Source: Raillietiella orientalis
Lineage: Eukaryota
DNA length: 64,000 bases
Direction: 5' to 3'
Assembly: GCA_036172245.1 (NCBI GenBank)
Contig: JAYWIR010000067.1
Coordinates: 1-64,000 of the forward strand
In this document: one piece after another, positions 48,101 through 60,583 of the stretch
How the letters are laid out: each line of letters opens with the position of its first letter
Numbering within the stretch: the first letter of the stretch is position 1
Notes under the pieces: model-generated
Told to the model about the DNA's origin: nothing
Database searches by the model: none
What the model saw: only the letters and a program-made list of their open reading frames with translations
Position numbers and translations under genes: made by a program

Positions 48101-51100
48101 GTCAGCCCCTCGGCGCCGCCTGGGGAAGGGGAGAGGCGGAGGTGCTAGCAGGGCCGTCCGTGGGGCTGGGGAGAGCAGAGGAAATTTGCGAGGAGACCCC
48201 ACGGGTCCCCCGGCGAGCGCGAGGACCGACGGGTCTGAGCGCGCGGGTCTCCCGGCGACGCTTCGAGAGGTGTCCGAGGGAGATGCGAACTCGGCAGCGT
48301 TTCTCAGGTGAAGACACGCCTCCGCCGTTCCTCCTTCACCTCCGAGCGGTCTGTCCGCGTTGTCTGGAAACGGTAATCTCCAGAACCACAGTCGAGACGC
48401 GGCGCGTGGGACTGCCCCACTCCCAGGCTCTTAGCGAGCCTCTGAGCGCCGCCTCCCCCCTGACGCCCTTCCTCCGAGAACACCGCCTCCTCACTGACCC
48501 CTCGAACTAAGGGAGGCACCCCAGCCGCCTCGACCTTCGTCGGAGGCCAAACATGCCCGGCACGCTCGGCAGGCTGAGGGTCCCCGCGCTCCGTCCGAAG
48601 GTCACGACCCGTCCGCCAGGAGGATCCTGGGAAAGCAGCCGGAGAGGGAGGGGAAGGGGAGGATCAAGGAGAAAGGTCGGCCACGTCTTCCTGGAGGCAG
48701 GGGTCCCCAGGTCTTCCTACCCGAGCCCCTCGGCGACCTTCACCCTTTCCCGGCGAAGGGAAGACCGCCAGCGCCGCCTTACGGCACGGAACGGTTTCAA
48801 GGCTTGCGAGGGAGCCGACCGTTACAGCGGCGCCCACAGCGCGGAGCAGCGAGGTGAGGCGGGTCGCGTCTGTCCCGAGGAGGAGCCTCCGCTCCCATTC
48901 CCCTCCTCTTCGGAATCTCAGGAAGAAGCAAATGCCTCCTAATGTTCCTCGCTTGGGTCCGGTGAACTCGTTCGGGGAAAAGCCCGGAGAGAAAAAGGAA
49001 GGGAAGAGGCTCCCTGCGCACCACCGCTCGGAAAAACCGCTTCCTGTCCCGAAGGGGACGCCGGCGCTGCACGTCGGACGCGCCGGGGGACCTGGACCAC
49101 AAGTAGGTGCGCGCGCACGTTTGAGTCGCTGCCCCTCCCCCCGTTCTGAGGCAGGGAGTCCTTCCATCCCATGCGCGAACGAGTCCCCTGTTGCTCGATC
49201 CAAAAATTATACTTTTTTTAGGATTCACCGTTGCCAGGATTGTGAGGACAAAAAAAAAAGACTCGCTTAAAAAAAGATTTAGGAAATGAGCGTCTACCAA
49301 TGCTCTTCCGAAAGGCAGCCTACGAACGCAATCGAGGAAGAGAAACGCAAAAAGCACAAAAGGAAGAAAGAGAGCTCTTGCAAACGGAAACAAATGCACC
49401 TGAAAACACACTCCACAAGAAGGCTAATGAAAAAGCACTGGAAAAAGTCAGGCCCGAAAACAATCAAAAATAAACCTAAGAATAGATTTTCCGAAAATGG
49501 CCAACATTGCGATCAATAAAATAGGCAGAAAACGCGCTGGACGGAGCGTTGCGATGCAGCGCTTCGTTGGTCTCAGCGCAGGCCGTGATAACTTTTCATG
49601 GACGTCAGGGTGCTGCGGTTGCAACGGTCTGCGAAGCACCCCGCAACGGGAGCCGCGTTCCGGGAACGGTAGCGGGTAACAGGATCCGGAAGAATCCTGT
49701 GTAAACACCACAGCCTTGTGTAACCGTCGGAGCGCGGCTTCCCGAGAAGAGTCGCCAAAGACCATCCTCTTGTGTCATGTGCCCCATCCTGGAAGGCGTC
49801 CGCAACTGCCAGCACCGGAACTAGTAGCTCTATCCCCCCTCCCCCTTCCTCCTCCTCCTCACTGGAACGGAAGACATCATGCAAACGGAGCGTGCGCACG
49901 ACCTGAAGTTCAGGCGAACCGAAAGAGAGGATTCCACGCTCGGTCCGAAGAATCTGGTCCCCTTGCCTTTGCATGGAAGGTTTCGCCATGGTTCTCTCTG
50001 TTGCGAAAGACGGTGGGCCCTTCTACACCTCGGGCAACCGCCGCAAACGCGTCACGCTTGAACAGGCGACCTCTCGACAACGCGGGGGTTTGCGGAGTTG
50101 CTGGACGGCTGTGAACCACAAGCGCTTGACTTTCAGAAACCGTCCTTCCTCGGGGACGGGTGGTTGGTTGGAGAAACCCGAACATCGACCGTCACCAAAG
50201 AAGACCACTCTGAGCACCAGCATGGCTGGCTGCCTTCCTCCCCTTCGAGCAGTCTGGAGTGGGAGGCCAGGGCTGCCAAAGGCTGCCTCGAGCGTGAAGC
50301 CAAGAGACCAAGCCAACTCGGAAACTGCGCGCGGAAGAGCGGGGAAGGAAGCTCCGGCGCGAGTCGATGCCCTTCAGCTGTGTGAGAACACCACGGTCAA
50401 AGAACGAGCGCTGGAAGACGGGCGAACCGCGCTTTCTTGGAAGATGCTCCAAGAAACGATCCCTTTCTGTGCCAGCATCGAACACTTCGGGAAAAACAAG
50501 CAACAACAAGAAGAAAAAAAACAAGGCTGGTACGTCGCCAAGGACGCTTCCGATCTCCGCCCGGCGAAAATGATGCGGGTTGAGACGGTCGGCATGAAGC
50601 GCGCAGGGTTCCTGGAAATCTGAACTGCCCTCTGCCCACGGCAGCGAAAAGATAATGCGGGTTCAGGAATTCGCTCGCTCCGCTACCCGCTTGTCGACCC
50701 CGACATCGCAAAGTCTGCGCTCTTGCGGAAAAAAGGCGAGAGATTAAAAAACAAAAAGGATAAGGAGGGGGAGGAAGGGGGAAGCAGGAGGAAGAGGAGA
50801 AAGAAGGAGGAGGAGGAGGAGAGCAAGGAAGTCGCCATGACGCCATGAAGGAATCCATGGTGCTCTCGTGCCACCACTTCTCACCCGCCTGCACCTCCTG
50901 CTTTCTGGCGCGCGACGGCGGTGTTAGCGTGCCTGCCTGGTGCACCGCATGCCACCGAGCGCTCGGCTCCGGCCCGGAGTTCCCTCGGTTGCAGCACCGC
51001 CTCCGACCAACGATCGGGACATTCACCGGCAAGGGGAGGGTCGCGAGCAGCCGATGCATGACCGCCCAGGGTCGGGAGACTTCCCTGTGCCTTCCGGATT

Positions 51101-54100
51101 TCGCCGCCACCCGATCGCGCGCGCCCGTGGAACGGCCCGCAACTGCCGCTGCTTCCCGAACGCCCACGCCAGTCAGGGTGGTGGGCCAGCCGACGGCAGC
51201 CCTCTCAGTGGTTACGAAGAGGTCCGTACCTCTGTGCTGGACGCCGCCGCACCCCTCCCCGGGGAAAACCTCGGTCAACCTCTGGAGTGCGGAAGGAGAG
51301 GGGGCACCGGGGTCTCTCTTTGGCCTCGAAAACCCGGAAGACGCTGAACGCCAGCATCGCCCGGGGAGATGCGGGGAGGAGGGTCAGTGAGGACGCCTCT
51401 CGACGGTCTTCTTGCACCGAGCGGCGGTGGGCCACGAGAAGCGGTTCCAGAAGAATGGTCGTCATGTTCCCCTTCAGCCTTCTGGACTTCTCCCGGACGG
51501 GAAAGGGATGGGGGGAGGCAGCTGCCAGCAGGGTTTCCTGGAGGACGCCTGCGGTCGGCGGGAGCGGAGCTTCCCTTCTCCGAGAGGAGGAGGTTTCCGA
51601 GGAAGAGCCCTTTCCCAGAAGTCACATCAGTCCTTGATTCCCTAATTCGATCAAGGAAGGCGATGAGTCGCAACTCCCCTCTTTCTGACGGGGGAACACG
51701 CGGAATCCCTTCCCGGGCTCACGCGAGCGGGATCGGCGCGTCCATCTCGGAAGGCCGCGCCGCCCGCAGTACTCGGCGAACGCAGGAAATCTCCACCGAC
51801 CTTCGTTCCATCTATCCCTTCTTCCCGGGTGCTCCCCGGACGGGGAGCGCGTGGGCTTCGCAGGGTCCGCGTCTCGCTCCTCACATCCCACGCTCCCTTC
51901 GTGCCGTCTCCTGCCTTTCCGAGCTCCTCGCCCGTGCAGGAAAATGATGGGGTTGCCTGTCTCTCCCTCCTCCGCTTCCGGTCCGATGCCTGGATCGAGA
52001 TGGAACGCTCGTTCTGGTTCGCCGGGAGCGCTGGTGCCGCGAGGAGGAGGGGAAACCCACCGAGGAGGTTCTCGCCTGCCCCCGCTTCTCTCGCGCGCGG
52101 AACGACCCGGAAGCCAACAAGCGAAACGCAGCGAGCGCCGGAGCGGCTCCTTCGCGAAACGAACCTGCCTCCCGGGCGCAGTCGAGACAGTTAGGGATGG
52201 GGCCGAGGGGTGTTCCAGAGACGAGGGGGAGCGAAACACCTCCGAAGCCTTCCATCCCAAGCCCGTGGTCACGGCTGCACCTCTCCGCATGCATCCTCAA
52301 TTGCTTTCCTCCTTCCCGACTCCTCCAGGAAGTTCAACGCCCTTTGACCTTCAAGTTCGGCGCACGCAGGTCCCCCTCCCAGGATCGAGCTGATACCTGA
52401 GCGCGCATTCCCGTAGGAGCGTTCGCAAACTGGGTAGGGTGGCTGCAATCTGCTTGGCTAACTAACATAGTGCGTCCCCCCGGTTTCCATGGCAGCGCCG
52501 GCAAACACGCTCCCCTTGACGGCTTCGGATCAGGGACGCGCGGGGCTCGTTCCAGGGGGCCTGCGAACTTCTGGGAATTTTCGTGGCCATGTGCAGGAAA
52601 AAGGAGAGTGGGGGTGGAGGGGAACTGGAAAGATGCGTTTTCGTTGCCACGCGATCGCGGAGGCTACTCCGAGGAGCGCGCTCCCGTTCCGCACGCGCTC
52701 GCATCGACACTCCGTAATCACGTAAACAAAGAGCGCTTATTTACACTTTCATCACAGTTTCATCACGGCAGCAAGAAGGAAGATATTTACACTCTTCAGT
52801 AAACAGAAGTATGGCTTTAGCATCATCAGGCTCCCCCTCTTAAAGCCTCCAAAATATCCCTGACAAGGTACCTCTCCTCGAGGCGTGTCTGCAGCGATGA
52901 CGGAAACGGAGGACGAGAAGAAAGATCGCGATTCCCGTGTTCCTTCGGATGGGCGGGCACGCACTGACACACACACACACTCACTGTCCTGAGTGGTGGT
53001 GCGGCCACCTGCTTTTTGTTGTTGTTCGCTCGGTGCAATTGCCAGTTGCTGTCGCGGCCTACGCCTTTTTCGTGAATCGTGGGGTTTGCCGAGCCAGGAG
53101 GCGGAAGCGCTCCGCTCGCCGGGTTCGGTACGCGAGCAGCCCCGGCTATACGCCGTATTGATAAAAGAAAATGGGAACCCTGAAGAGGTGCAGCATGGCG
53201 GACGGCGAGTCTTCGCGGGAGCCCCTCGACAAGGAGCAGCGAACCCCAGGACGCTGCTCCTGACGTAACAATGGGGGCTCTCTCCTCAACAATGAGAGCA
53301 CGCGCAAAAAGAAAAGGCCGTGGAAAGGCGCTGAACGCGCAGAACCCCTCCGCAGGTCCATCCTCTGCGGAGGATGAGGTCGTGGACGTACCGCGCGGGG
53401 CGTGCTGCAAAGCGGGAAGCTGAGAGAACCGACGCGAAAGCCGAGCTAAGCTCCTCGCTTCCCGTTGTCCCAAAGACGGGAGGGGAAGACCGACGGGAAC
53501 CTCGCGTTGACTTGCTTGGGAAGTTTCTGGGCCGCTTTCAGGAGCGCACGCAGACCGCCAGGACCTCGAAAGACGGACCACCTGGGATGCGATCCCGTCC
53601 ACGGTCTCCCTCATGATCGTCGACACCGCCATCATCCCCCACTCTCGCTGCATCCCAGCCTCGGGATGCCCCCCTCCAAAAAATCGCTGCGCAGAAAGGG
53701 TGAGGGTTCGCTCCTTCGGCGTAGCGATTAGGGAGCAAGGCGGCTCCCGGCAGCAACGGATTTTGGGGTGGTCATCCACGGCAAGGATCAGCCGAGGAAG
53801 GTGCGCTTTCTTTGCGCCGAGGATTTTGCGAAATCGAAACGGACGGAGTTGAGATGCGCTCGCGTTTCGATGCCACTCTGAAGGGGACGCGAGGGGTAAG
53901 AACGTCTGCGGGGGGCAAACTCGGGGTGCCACCGGAGGGTTCCATTCCAGACACCCTCTGCGTTCGGGAAGGTGCTCTCGCTCGCCTGCGCCGCCGACCA
54001 CGTGGCGGAAGCCGGCAGCTCTCCACGGAAGAGCACGCGCGAAATGCTGCTCTTCGGCTTCGGCCGCTCTTCAGGTCCTCCAGAAAGATGCACCCTCCGC

Positions 54101-57100
54101 ATTCTTCCCTGGTCGCGACCGGTAGTTTTGCGTCCTTCCAGAAGAGGGCAATGCTTCCCGCGGACCTGATCTTCCCTGTCGGCGAGGCGTCTCCGGCGCG
54201 GATTACGGATAGGATTAGGATAGACTTTCGAGTCCGCGGAGGGTGTGAGTTCTGCTCGAGATGGCCGGAAGGTCTCCCCCGCGGAAGCGGTCTCTTCGGA
54301 GGGACCTCGAAGACTGTGACGTCCGGAGGACGTGCAGGAAAGCCGTTGCATACGGACCGAAGAGTGTTGGCGGCGGCTCCAAGGCCGACGGGCAGGCCAT
54401 CCCTTCTTCGTTCCACACCAGTTCGGTGGAAGAGCTGGGTCTGCCATCGTCCGAAGTTCCCTCGAGGGATCCCCACGGCCAGCCACTCGCCCGAGCGCCA
54501 TGTTTCGACGTTTCTTTGTTCTCTCGTCCCTTTATTGCTCCGCCGACAAAGGCCTTCCCGTTCTCCAGCGCGAGAGAAACTGGCGACTCCATAGCAACGC
54601 TCTTTTAACTGCTGACTGAGGTCGCGGGAAGACGAAGTGCAGCGCTTCCTTCTTTTTCCTTCGAGCCCTCGTTCAGAGAGAGAAAAGAAAGACTGCCTCG
54701 CGTTCGCAAGAATCGCGAGATTACGCTGCTACTGCTGCCGAGATCTCGGACCGTCAAACAGACCACCTGTTTGACGGTCAGCGGGTCTGCTTGCTCAATT
54801 TCTTTCTTCTTTCTTTCCATGGAAAAACACAGGAATAAGAAGTAGAAGAATAGGAGGAGGAGGAGGAAGAACAAGAAGAGGAACAAGAAGAAGAAAGGGA
54901 AAAAGAAGAGGAACAAGTATAGTGAGAAAGAGAAAAACAAGACCAAGAAGAAGAAGAAGAGAAACCTCATGCGTCTTTGAGAATCCGATTGTCTCACGTT
55001 GCGGGAAGACGAGGTGTAGAGCTTCCTTCCTCGAACCAAGAAAAGGAAACGCTTCAAGGTGGAAAGCCGAAAAAGGGCCCCCGCGATCGCAGATAACGCC
55101 GGGACTGGCGTTGGGCAGCAGCTTGTGTTCCAGGAGAGACACCGCTTGCCGGAGACCATCGGTCGCCGATTCCTCGTAGCCTCCGACGGTTCGTTCTCTC
55201 AGCCTCTCCCTGCACCCAACCTCGTGCGTTGAGATTTTTTCCCCGCGCCGGTTGCCAAAGCTTTTTGAGCTTCCGAAAGAAAAGGAGAAAACGGCCAGAA
55301 GAGACGCAACCTTCGGCTCAGAAGCGAAAATCAATCAGTGTCCGCGTTCCTGCCGAGAGCGTGGCTGCCCGGCTATCCTCATAAGCAGCAATCACCATGA
55401 CAGTGTGAACGCCTGTGCCTCCTAACGCCACGTGAAAGGAGACCTCGGAATGCCGTCCGGAAGTGTCGGAGACCGCAGCAAGCCGAAGGAGCACAGAGGC
55501 GGAAGGACCCCGGGACGGAATGTCCCTTTCAGCCTGAAGCGGTCGCCGGGGAGCGCTCCCGAGCGAGCCGTCCCCGCCATCCAGTTACGCGGGCGCCGAT
55601 TCCGTTCTCGGGTTCGCCAATCGGCTGTCATGGAGACCGTCGCTCCGCACGGGAAGATGCGCGAAAGCCTCCGCCGCCGCCCACGGGAGAGGACGGAGTG
55701 CTGAGCCGGCATCCCGGCACCGAGCGAGGGAGCCCAGCGAACCCGCCTCCTCGCGGTGGTGGAACGCGCCCGGTTCGCGGACGTCCACGGGAAGAGCGGA
55801 GGCCGGTGACCCGCTAGCTCCGCGCGCGCCAGGACCCTGGGCTCGCACACTGGAGGATGCGTCTGGAGCGAGGACCGGAAAGCAGACGGGGAAGGGCACC
55901 CGCTAGACCCACCGAGTCCGGAGACTCCGCGCCTGACCACCAAGGGGTGACCAGCGGCGCACGTAGGCTTTACTTCTGGCTGATCCGAGATTCGACGCGA
56001 TCTTCTGATGGTCAGCATCCGGAACCAACAGAAACACATACACACAAAGAAAATAAAGAAATTTGTACACGTGCGGGCGCAGCAGCAGCAGGACTGAAGG
56101 TGCACCACCCAGGGGCAACATGAGACCCCTCAAGAAGCTCTTCGGGGAGGAGGGGCGCTGCTGCTGCTGGCCGCAACTCCTTTTTGCCTGCGACCATCCG
56201 GAAGTGGAGAGGTCGTGAAGCACTGCAGTGAAGAACGAGGGCAGCAACCCCCGCGGCCCTCACCCAGTCCTTTCTTTCGTCACTTTCTCTCAGCGGAGGT
56301 GACCCGCGATCCGGAGTCACTCGGAAGAAGCTTTCCTGCGCTCGGTAGGGGAACCTTTGCGAAGAGACCAGGAAGGCGGTCCGGGGGTGGCCGCCCATCT
56401 CGCCAGCAGACATCCCTTTTTTCCCTTCAGGCGACTTCCTTCCGTCTCCCACGACGAGATTCTCCTCCGGGTGGGACCATTGCCTCCTCTTCGCGGAAAG
56501 ACCGCGTAGTCTGGAGATCGGCATCGCAACAGACGCGGCGCCGGTGCCACCTGCTCAGGAGGAGCTGACGTGCCAGCCGGGAGAAGACCTCTGCGTCGCG
56601 GGAGAACCCTCGGGACGATTCCCTCACGGCCCGTAAGCCGCGCACTCGGTGCTGCCCGCTTCCCCCACGCGGGTGTCACTGGACTCTACTGCTAAGCCTC
56701 CCCCGCAAAGGAACGCACCAGACTCCACGGCAGCGCGGGGAGGAGTTCGCGCGCCTTCACGGATCCAGAAGTTCGTCACCGCACGAGTCGATCCGACGGG
56801 CGCTTCGTCCAGGACTGCGCGGAGGGCGGAGGAGCATCTGGGATCCGCGCGGAAGTCGCACACAGGATGCGCAGCTCGGTCACGAGACAGGAAGGGAAGG
56901 AGCCCCAAGGTCGTTTCTCACGGCGCCGACCTGGACGGTCGACTGGCCGCCAGCAGCTTCGCGGGAGCAGGCGGGACTCCTGGAGAGAGGAAGGGAGGGG
57001 GAAGGAGAGAGTCTCCCGCTGTCGCCCGCGGTCGGTCCGCACGAGAGATGCGAGCACTGCCTGCCGGGCAGGCGGCGAATCGCGAGGACGCAAGACGGAC

Positions 57101-60100
57101 GAGGAGGAGGAAGGGGAGGAGGGCCGTGGCGGGCTCGCTGCGAAGCGGGAAAACCGGGTGAGTTCCTGCAGCGCCTTTCCTTCCTTCGTTGGTTTTCCGG
57201 GCGGCCTCCCTTCTTCGCCTCGTGGTGGCGCGACCGCGGCGCTCCCCGCCGCCTCGAGGTCAGTCGCGCGGGATGCGGGCGTCGCCAGGAGGAACCCAAC
57301 CTCTTTCTTGCGTTTCGAGAAAGTGGCCGGGCAGCAAGCGGAGGGCGAGGGCTCTGTGTCGGCACGGGGGGTCCCTTCAGGCACCGCGCGGTTGCTGGCC
57401 GATGTCCTCCGGCGGCTCGCCGTCGGGTCGGATCACGGCGGCAAGAAGGAAGCTCCAGGGGTTACGCGCACTCCCCGCTGTGGGCGGTCTTCCCTCCTCC
57501 TGTGACCTCGGGGTCCTCCTCTTCCGACGGTGACGACCCAGCTCTCAGTCAGCGAAAGATGGCCCGGCGGCTTCGCGAAAATGGCGCGCCTCGGGGGTGA
57601 GGTAAGCGAGGAGATGCCAGCCAGCAGCGGAAGGACGCGGAAGAGTCGGTTGGGATGCGGGACGCGCAGGGACCCCTAGCGAAGACCCACAGAACCGGCG
57701 TCGCGCCGATACCCACGCTCATGGAAGAGGCGAAGCTCCTCCTGCCGTCGCCTGGGCGACGGGCAAACGAAGGGGCCACGAGGCGGAGGAAGGCGCGGGT
57801 CGAGAGGGCATAGGAGGGGTGGGCTCTCGGCTGCGGAGGCAGAAGGCACGATGGCGCCTGGACTTTTTTTCTTCTTCTTCTCAGTCGAAGAAAGGGGGGG
57901 GGGTCAGAGGATGCGAGGAGAGGAGACCTTGGCCGCCTACGGGCGCGCACAATCCGGCAGGCGCGCTCTGCGAACTCCGGGAGAGATCTGGGATCTCTGC
58001 CGCGTGCTCCCCGCCTCCTCTTCCCTTGCTCCGAGCGGGGCCAGCAGGCAAGGCGCAGCCCCCAGAGAAATGTCCGAGAAAGGGGATGCTTGCGTGACCT
58101 CTCTTCGCACAGAGAGGCGATGGCCACGTCGACGGAGAGGAGCGGAAGAACCCGGGCTCGGGAAAGCGTCCCTTGCCCTTCATGGGCACTCGCCACGAGC
58201 GAACTCTGTTCGTTTCCGGAGAGTCTCTCTGAGATGAGGACCCGGCGGAAGCGCGGCAACCGAACGGCGCGAGCGAGAGGAGAGAGCGGTCATTCGACGG
58301 AGAGGACGGCTTGCGTGGCGGCTCACGGAGGGGACGACCCCTTCACACCTACCCTCACCTCTCGGGAAGAAAATGGACTTTCCTCCAACCAGGGAGCGCT
58401 GGACCAAAATCCAGCACCGGTGGCGGCGGCAACTCCGAGCGGGCGCGCGTCGCGGACGCTGGTCCGCCCTCGCGGAAGCTGACAGTCTCCCTGGTCCGCG
58501 TCGTTGTCATCACTACCCTGGGAGTGGACGAAGGAAACCACAATCCTTCGCCGCCGTTCCCACCATCTGTCCGCGTCGTTGTCGGCGCCGTCGCATGTCC
58601 CTGCATTCGCTGGCACAGCAACTGCCGTTGCCCTGATCTCCAAGACCACCGCTGCTCCTATCGTCACTAAGACCGCCGCCGCCTCTGGTGCGGTGAGATC
58701 TTAATGATAGTCATGAATCATGTCATCCATCGTTCCGGTGCCGCGAGCACCAGTCATGCACGTACTCGAGGCTCCAGTCGTTACTATCATCGTAAATTAT
58801 CAGCGCTATCGTTGCCATAACTGCAGCACATCGGCGCTGTTTTTGCTGACGTCATCTCTGCAGCCCTGGTCATGGCCACCATTATCGTCAAAGTCGCCGT
58901 CCTCATCGTCACCATTACGCATTACTGCCCATTACCAATGCTGCCATTTCCATAGATACACGACGAGCATTCTTGCCGTTACCATGCTCGCTGCTACCGC
59001 CGCCACCGCTTTCGCTGTTGCCAGAAGCACAGAATCCGTCACGAACGCCACCCTGCAACGCCGCGGCTGTCGCAATCCCTCTTCAGAGATCGCTGTTTCC
59101 AAGGAAACAGAAGGTGTACAATGTGAACTGGACCGTTTTCTGGACTCCTCGGGAAGAGGAGTACGATCAGGAAAATCTTAACAGCGAGAGGAGGGAAGGG
59201 GGGAGAGAGAACAGGTCTCGGCGTGACCAGTCGGAAGACGGATCAATGCTAAGGGACTTTCCCTGCTAGCCTCACCCAAAAAGTAGTCCCCTATGCCTCA
59301 CCTGCCTCACAAGAGATGGACCTGCCCATTCCGGAACGGCCCGAAGGAGGATGGACCCGCCCTTCTCCCCTTTCTCGCTGCCGGACGACGACCCAAGGAA
59401 GAGAACTGCTTTTTCCTTTCCTCCCATCTCTCCCCCTGGGAACGTGGAAGGCGGCGCCCGTGAGCGTTTACCGAGATGGGACAGTGGAGCGGTCCCGGAA
59501 GCGAACGCTGGCAGAAGGGCTCTCTTCTTTCGCCTCTTCGAGGCTGGCGGCAGAGAGAGGTGCAGAAGCGGCAGTCTCCGGCCGTAAGGGAGGTGCCACC
59601 AGTGCCGACGGAACCAACGGCAGCCTTGGCAACGCGGGGTTGGGAAAGAAGAGTAGGAGCATCAGAAGGAGAGGGGAGGAGGGGAAGAGGAAGAGGAGGA
59701 GGGAGGAAGGAAAGCAGGAAGAAGAAGAGGAGGCTCGCCGGAGAGGCGGAGACAGTAGCACGAGCGTCTCCCGGAGGGAGGTCGCGCCGATCGGCCCTCG
59801 GTCCAAGCGGACGGCCGCCCTTTGCGTCTCGAAGGCGTGGCGCGCCAGTTCACCCCCTCCCGACGTCGCCCCTCGGACCCTCTTAAATGGCTCACCACGG
59901 TCACGGCGTCGTTGAGCAGGCTCTCCCCGAAGACCACGATGTACAGCACTTCGTTGACCTGGATCTCCTCGAACATGGCCAGCACGGCCACCGGATCCAC
60001 CGCTGAGATGAGGGCGCCGAAGAGAAAGGTGGGCAGTAGCGACAGCTTCTGGCCGTACATGCCGGTCAGTCCGATGAGGTACAGGGACGTTCCTAGAGGA

Positions 60101-60403
60101 AGGGAGGGGTCGCGGTCGCCTTGTCCCAGGACTCGCGCTCACCGATGGTGAAGGTGTTCCAGATGGTGCCGACTACGGCCATCAAGAGGATGGTCCCCAG
60201 GTGGTCGAAGAACATCCGGTTGGGCATGAAGTAGCCGGCGTCCAGTATGATGGGCGGCAGCATGTAGATGAAGAAGGTCTCCGGGGTCAGAGGACCCACC
60301 CCCTCGCTCGTGTAGAACAGCAGAAGCCCCACGACGACTCCCACGACGATCAGCAGGCAGGACTCCGGGAAGATCTTCGACAGCCTCCCGGTCATGTGGA
60401 ACC
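32755..60403 (-). CDS. Nhe2: Na+/H+ exchanger (SLC9A/CPA1, plasma-membrane Nhe2/NHE1-3-like), spliced, 5'-incomplete. Exons: 60403-60143, 60092-59896, 47369-47113, 45750-45533, 36345-36143, 36090-36001, 35078-35008, 34905-34714, 34653-34500, 34354-34223, 34142-34043, 33942-33859, 33803-33738, 33346-33197, 33110-32755
   Basis: Joined exons give one 2531-nt open frame with NHE motifs [89 protein letters not shown] and a CHP-binding-like segment. All intron phases match; all introns are GT-AG except one GC-AG. Confidence 0.95.
33197..33346 (-). CDS. Nhe2: NHE exon ([15 protein letters not shown]...[22 protein letters not shown])
   Basis: acccag| acceptor (in-frame GAG alternative would start at 33361), A|gtaagc donor; LPW and EFPxW...EY...SP motifs recalled from arthropod Nhe2 tails. 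Confidence 0.82.
   Translation of the reverse strand, partial: ERARPRSSECCRGTETAAIRPSRSCDRGSSPCGSRATSTTPSIPLRPPC
33375..33730. repeat. Polypurine/polypyrimidine low-complexity tract filling an NHE intron
   Basis: Almost all G/A on the plus strand; related tracts at about 35495-35730, 54830-54965 and 59660-59735. Confidence 0.85.
33738..33803 (-). CDS. Nhe2: NHE exon ([22 protein letters not shown])
   Basis: ttgtag| acceptor after a 55-nt intron, G|gtagcc donor, 66 nt, frame-preserving. Confidence 0.72.
33859..33942 (-). CDS. Nhe2: NHE exon (DHIIDMDSE...[10 protein letters not shown])
   Basis: ttccag| acceptor, G|gtatgc donor, 84 nt, phase 1 to 1. Confidence 0.82.
34043..34142 (-). CDS. Nhe2: NHE exon (AFAPMKNG...KKVQF...QFKN)
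   Basis: tcccag| acceptor, G|gtaggg donor, 100 nt, phase 0 to 1. Confidence 0.8.
34223..34354 (-). CDS. Nhe2: NHE exon ([14 protein letters not shown]...HRKKNTSK)
   Basis: ccccag| acceptor (in-frame GAG alternative would start the exon at 34393), AAG|gtgcgc donor, 132 nt. Confidence 0.85.
34500..34653 (-). CDS. Nhe2: NHE exon (LSSSDALY...[26 protein letters not shown]...RR)
   Basis: ccgcag| acceptor, AGG|gtgagg donor, 154 nt; tail motif recalled from arthropod Nhe2. Confidence 0.88.
34714..34905 (-). CDS. Nhe2: NHE exon ([16 protein letters not shown]...KRSLYE)
   Basis: ttgcag| acceptor, GA|gtgagc donor, 192 nt, phase 2 to 2. Confidence 0.9.
35008..35078 (-). CDS. Nhe2: NHE exon ([24 protein letters not shown])
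   Basis: ttacag| acceptor, AA|gtaagc donor, 71 nt; resembles the NHE1 CHP-binding helix. Confidence 0.9.
35335..35625 (-). pseudogene. Diverged intronic copy of NHE exon 33346-33197 plus its upstream pyrimidine tract
   Basis: [35 protein letters not shown] versus [35 protein letters not shown] (23/35 identical); the flanking tract also aligns with about 33360-33495. Confidence 0.85.
36001..36090 (-). CDS. Nhe2: NHE exon ([13 protein letters not shown]...MNERIHER)
   Basis: ttgccag| acceptor, AGG|gtaagg donor, 90 nt. Confidence 0.93.
36143..36345 (-). CDS. Nhe2: NHE exon (VVILTGFAN...[10 protein letters not shown]...FFTVFVQ)
   Basis: ctctag| acceptor, CAG|gcaagg GC donor, 203 nt, phase 1 to 0. 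Confidence 0.93.
38200..38845 (-). mobile_element. SINE-like element copy inside an NHE intron
   Basis: Minus-strand head GGCGACCGTGTGGCTGCGGCCTCCG...GGGTACGAATCC; 3' block CAGGTGGCGTGGACAGCGTTAAG. Confidence 0.7.
45533..45750 (-). CDS. Nhe2: NHE exon ([11 protein letters not shown]...[10 protein letters not shown]...YRALG)
   Basis: ttgcag| acceptor, G|gtgggt donor, 218 nt, phase 2 to 1. Confidence 0.95.
47113..47369 (-). CDS. Nhe2: NHE exon (VLYHMFEV...[11 protein letters not shown])
   Basis: cttccag| acceptor, GC|gtaagt donor, 257 nt, phase 0 to 2. Confidence 0.95.
56976..57509. repeat. Left arm of a 534-bp inverted repeat (partner 60584-61117)
   Basis: Reverse complement of 60584-61117; both end pairs sum to 118093 (no net indel); supplied ORF translations are identical across the arms in several frames. 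Confidence 0.95.
59896..60092 (-). CDS. Nhe2: NHE exon (TSLYLIG...AVDPVAVLA...[12 protein letters not shown])
   Basis: ctctag| acceptor after a 50-nt intron, GTG|gtgagc donor, 197 nt; contains the ion-binding ND motif. Confidence 0.95.
60143..60403 (-). CDS. Nhe2: NHE exon ([18 protein letters not shown]...[10 protein letters not shown])
   Basis: cttccag| acceptor, G|gtgagc donor, 261 nt, phase 1 to 1; early transmembrane helices. Confidence 0.95.
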
Positions 60404-60583
60404 CTGGAAGAAGAGGCGGTCGGTTCGCAGCCGGGCAGGTGGCGCGTTGCCGGGACGACGGCAGGGGAGAGTAAAGGAGGGGCAGGAGACCCGTCAAGCC
60501 ACCGGTGTCCTCGTTTGTCGGAAGACCCCGCCACCCCGTTTGCCTTGCAGGCTCAGGTATCCTCAGCGACCCGGTGGGACCCT

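Noticed and set aside
54040..54080. Hammerhead-like CTGAAGA followed by a stem on the minus strand (similar at about 2560)
   Set aside because: No GAAA core and no stems I or III
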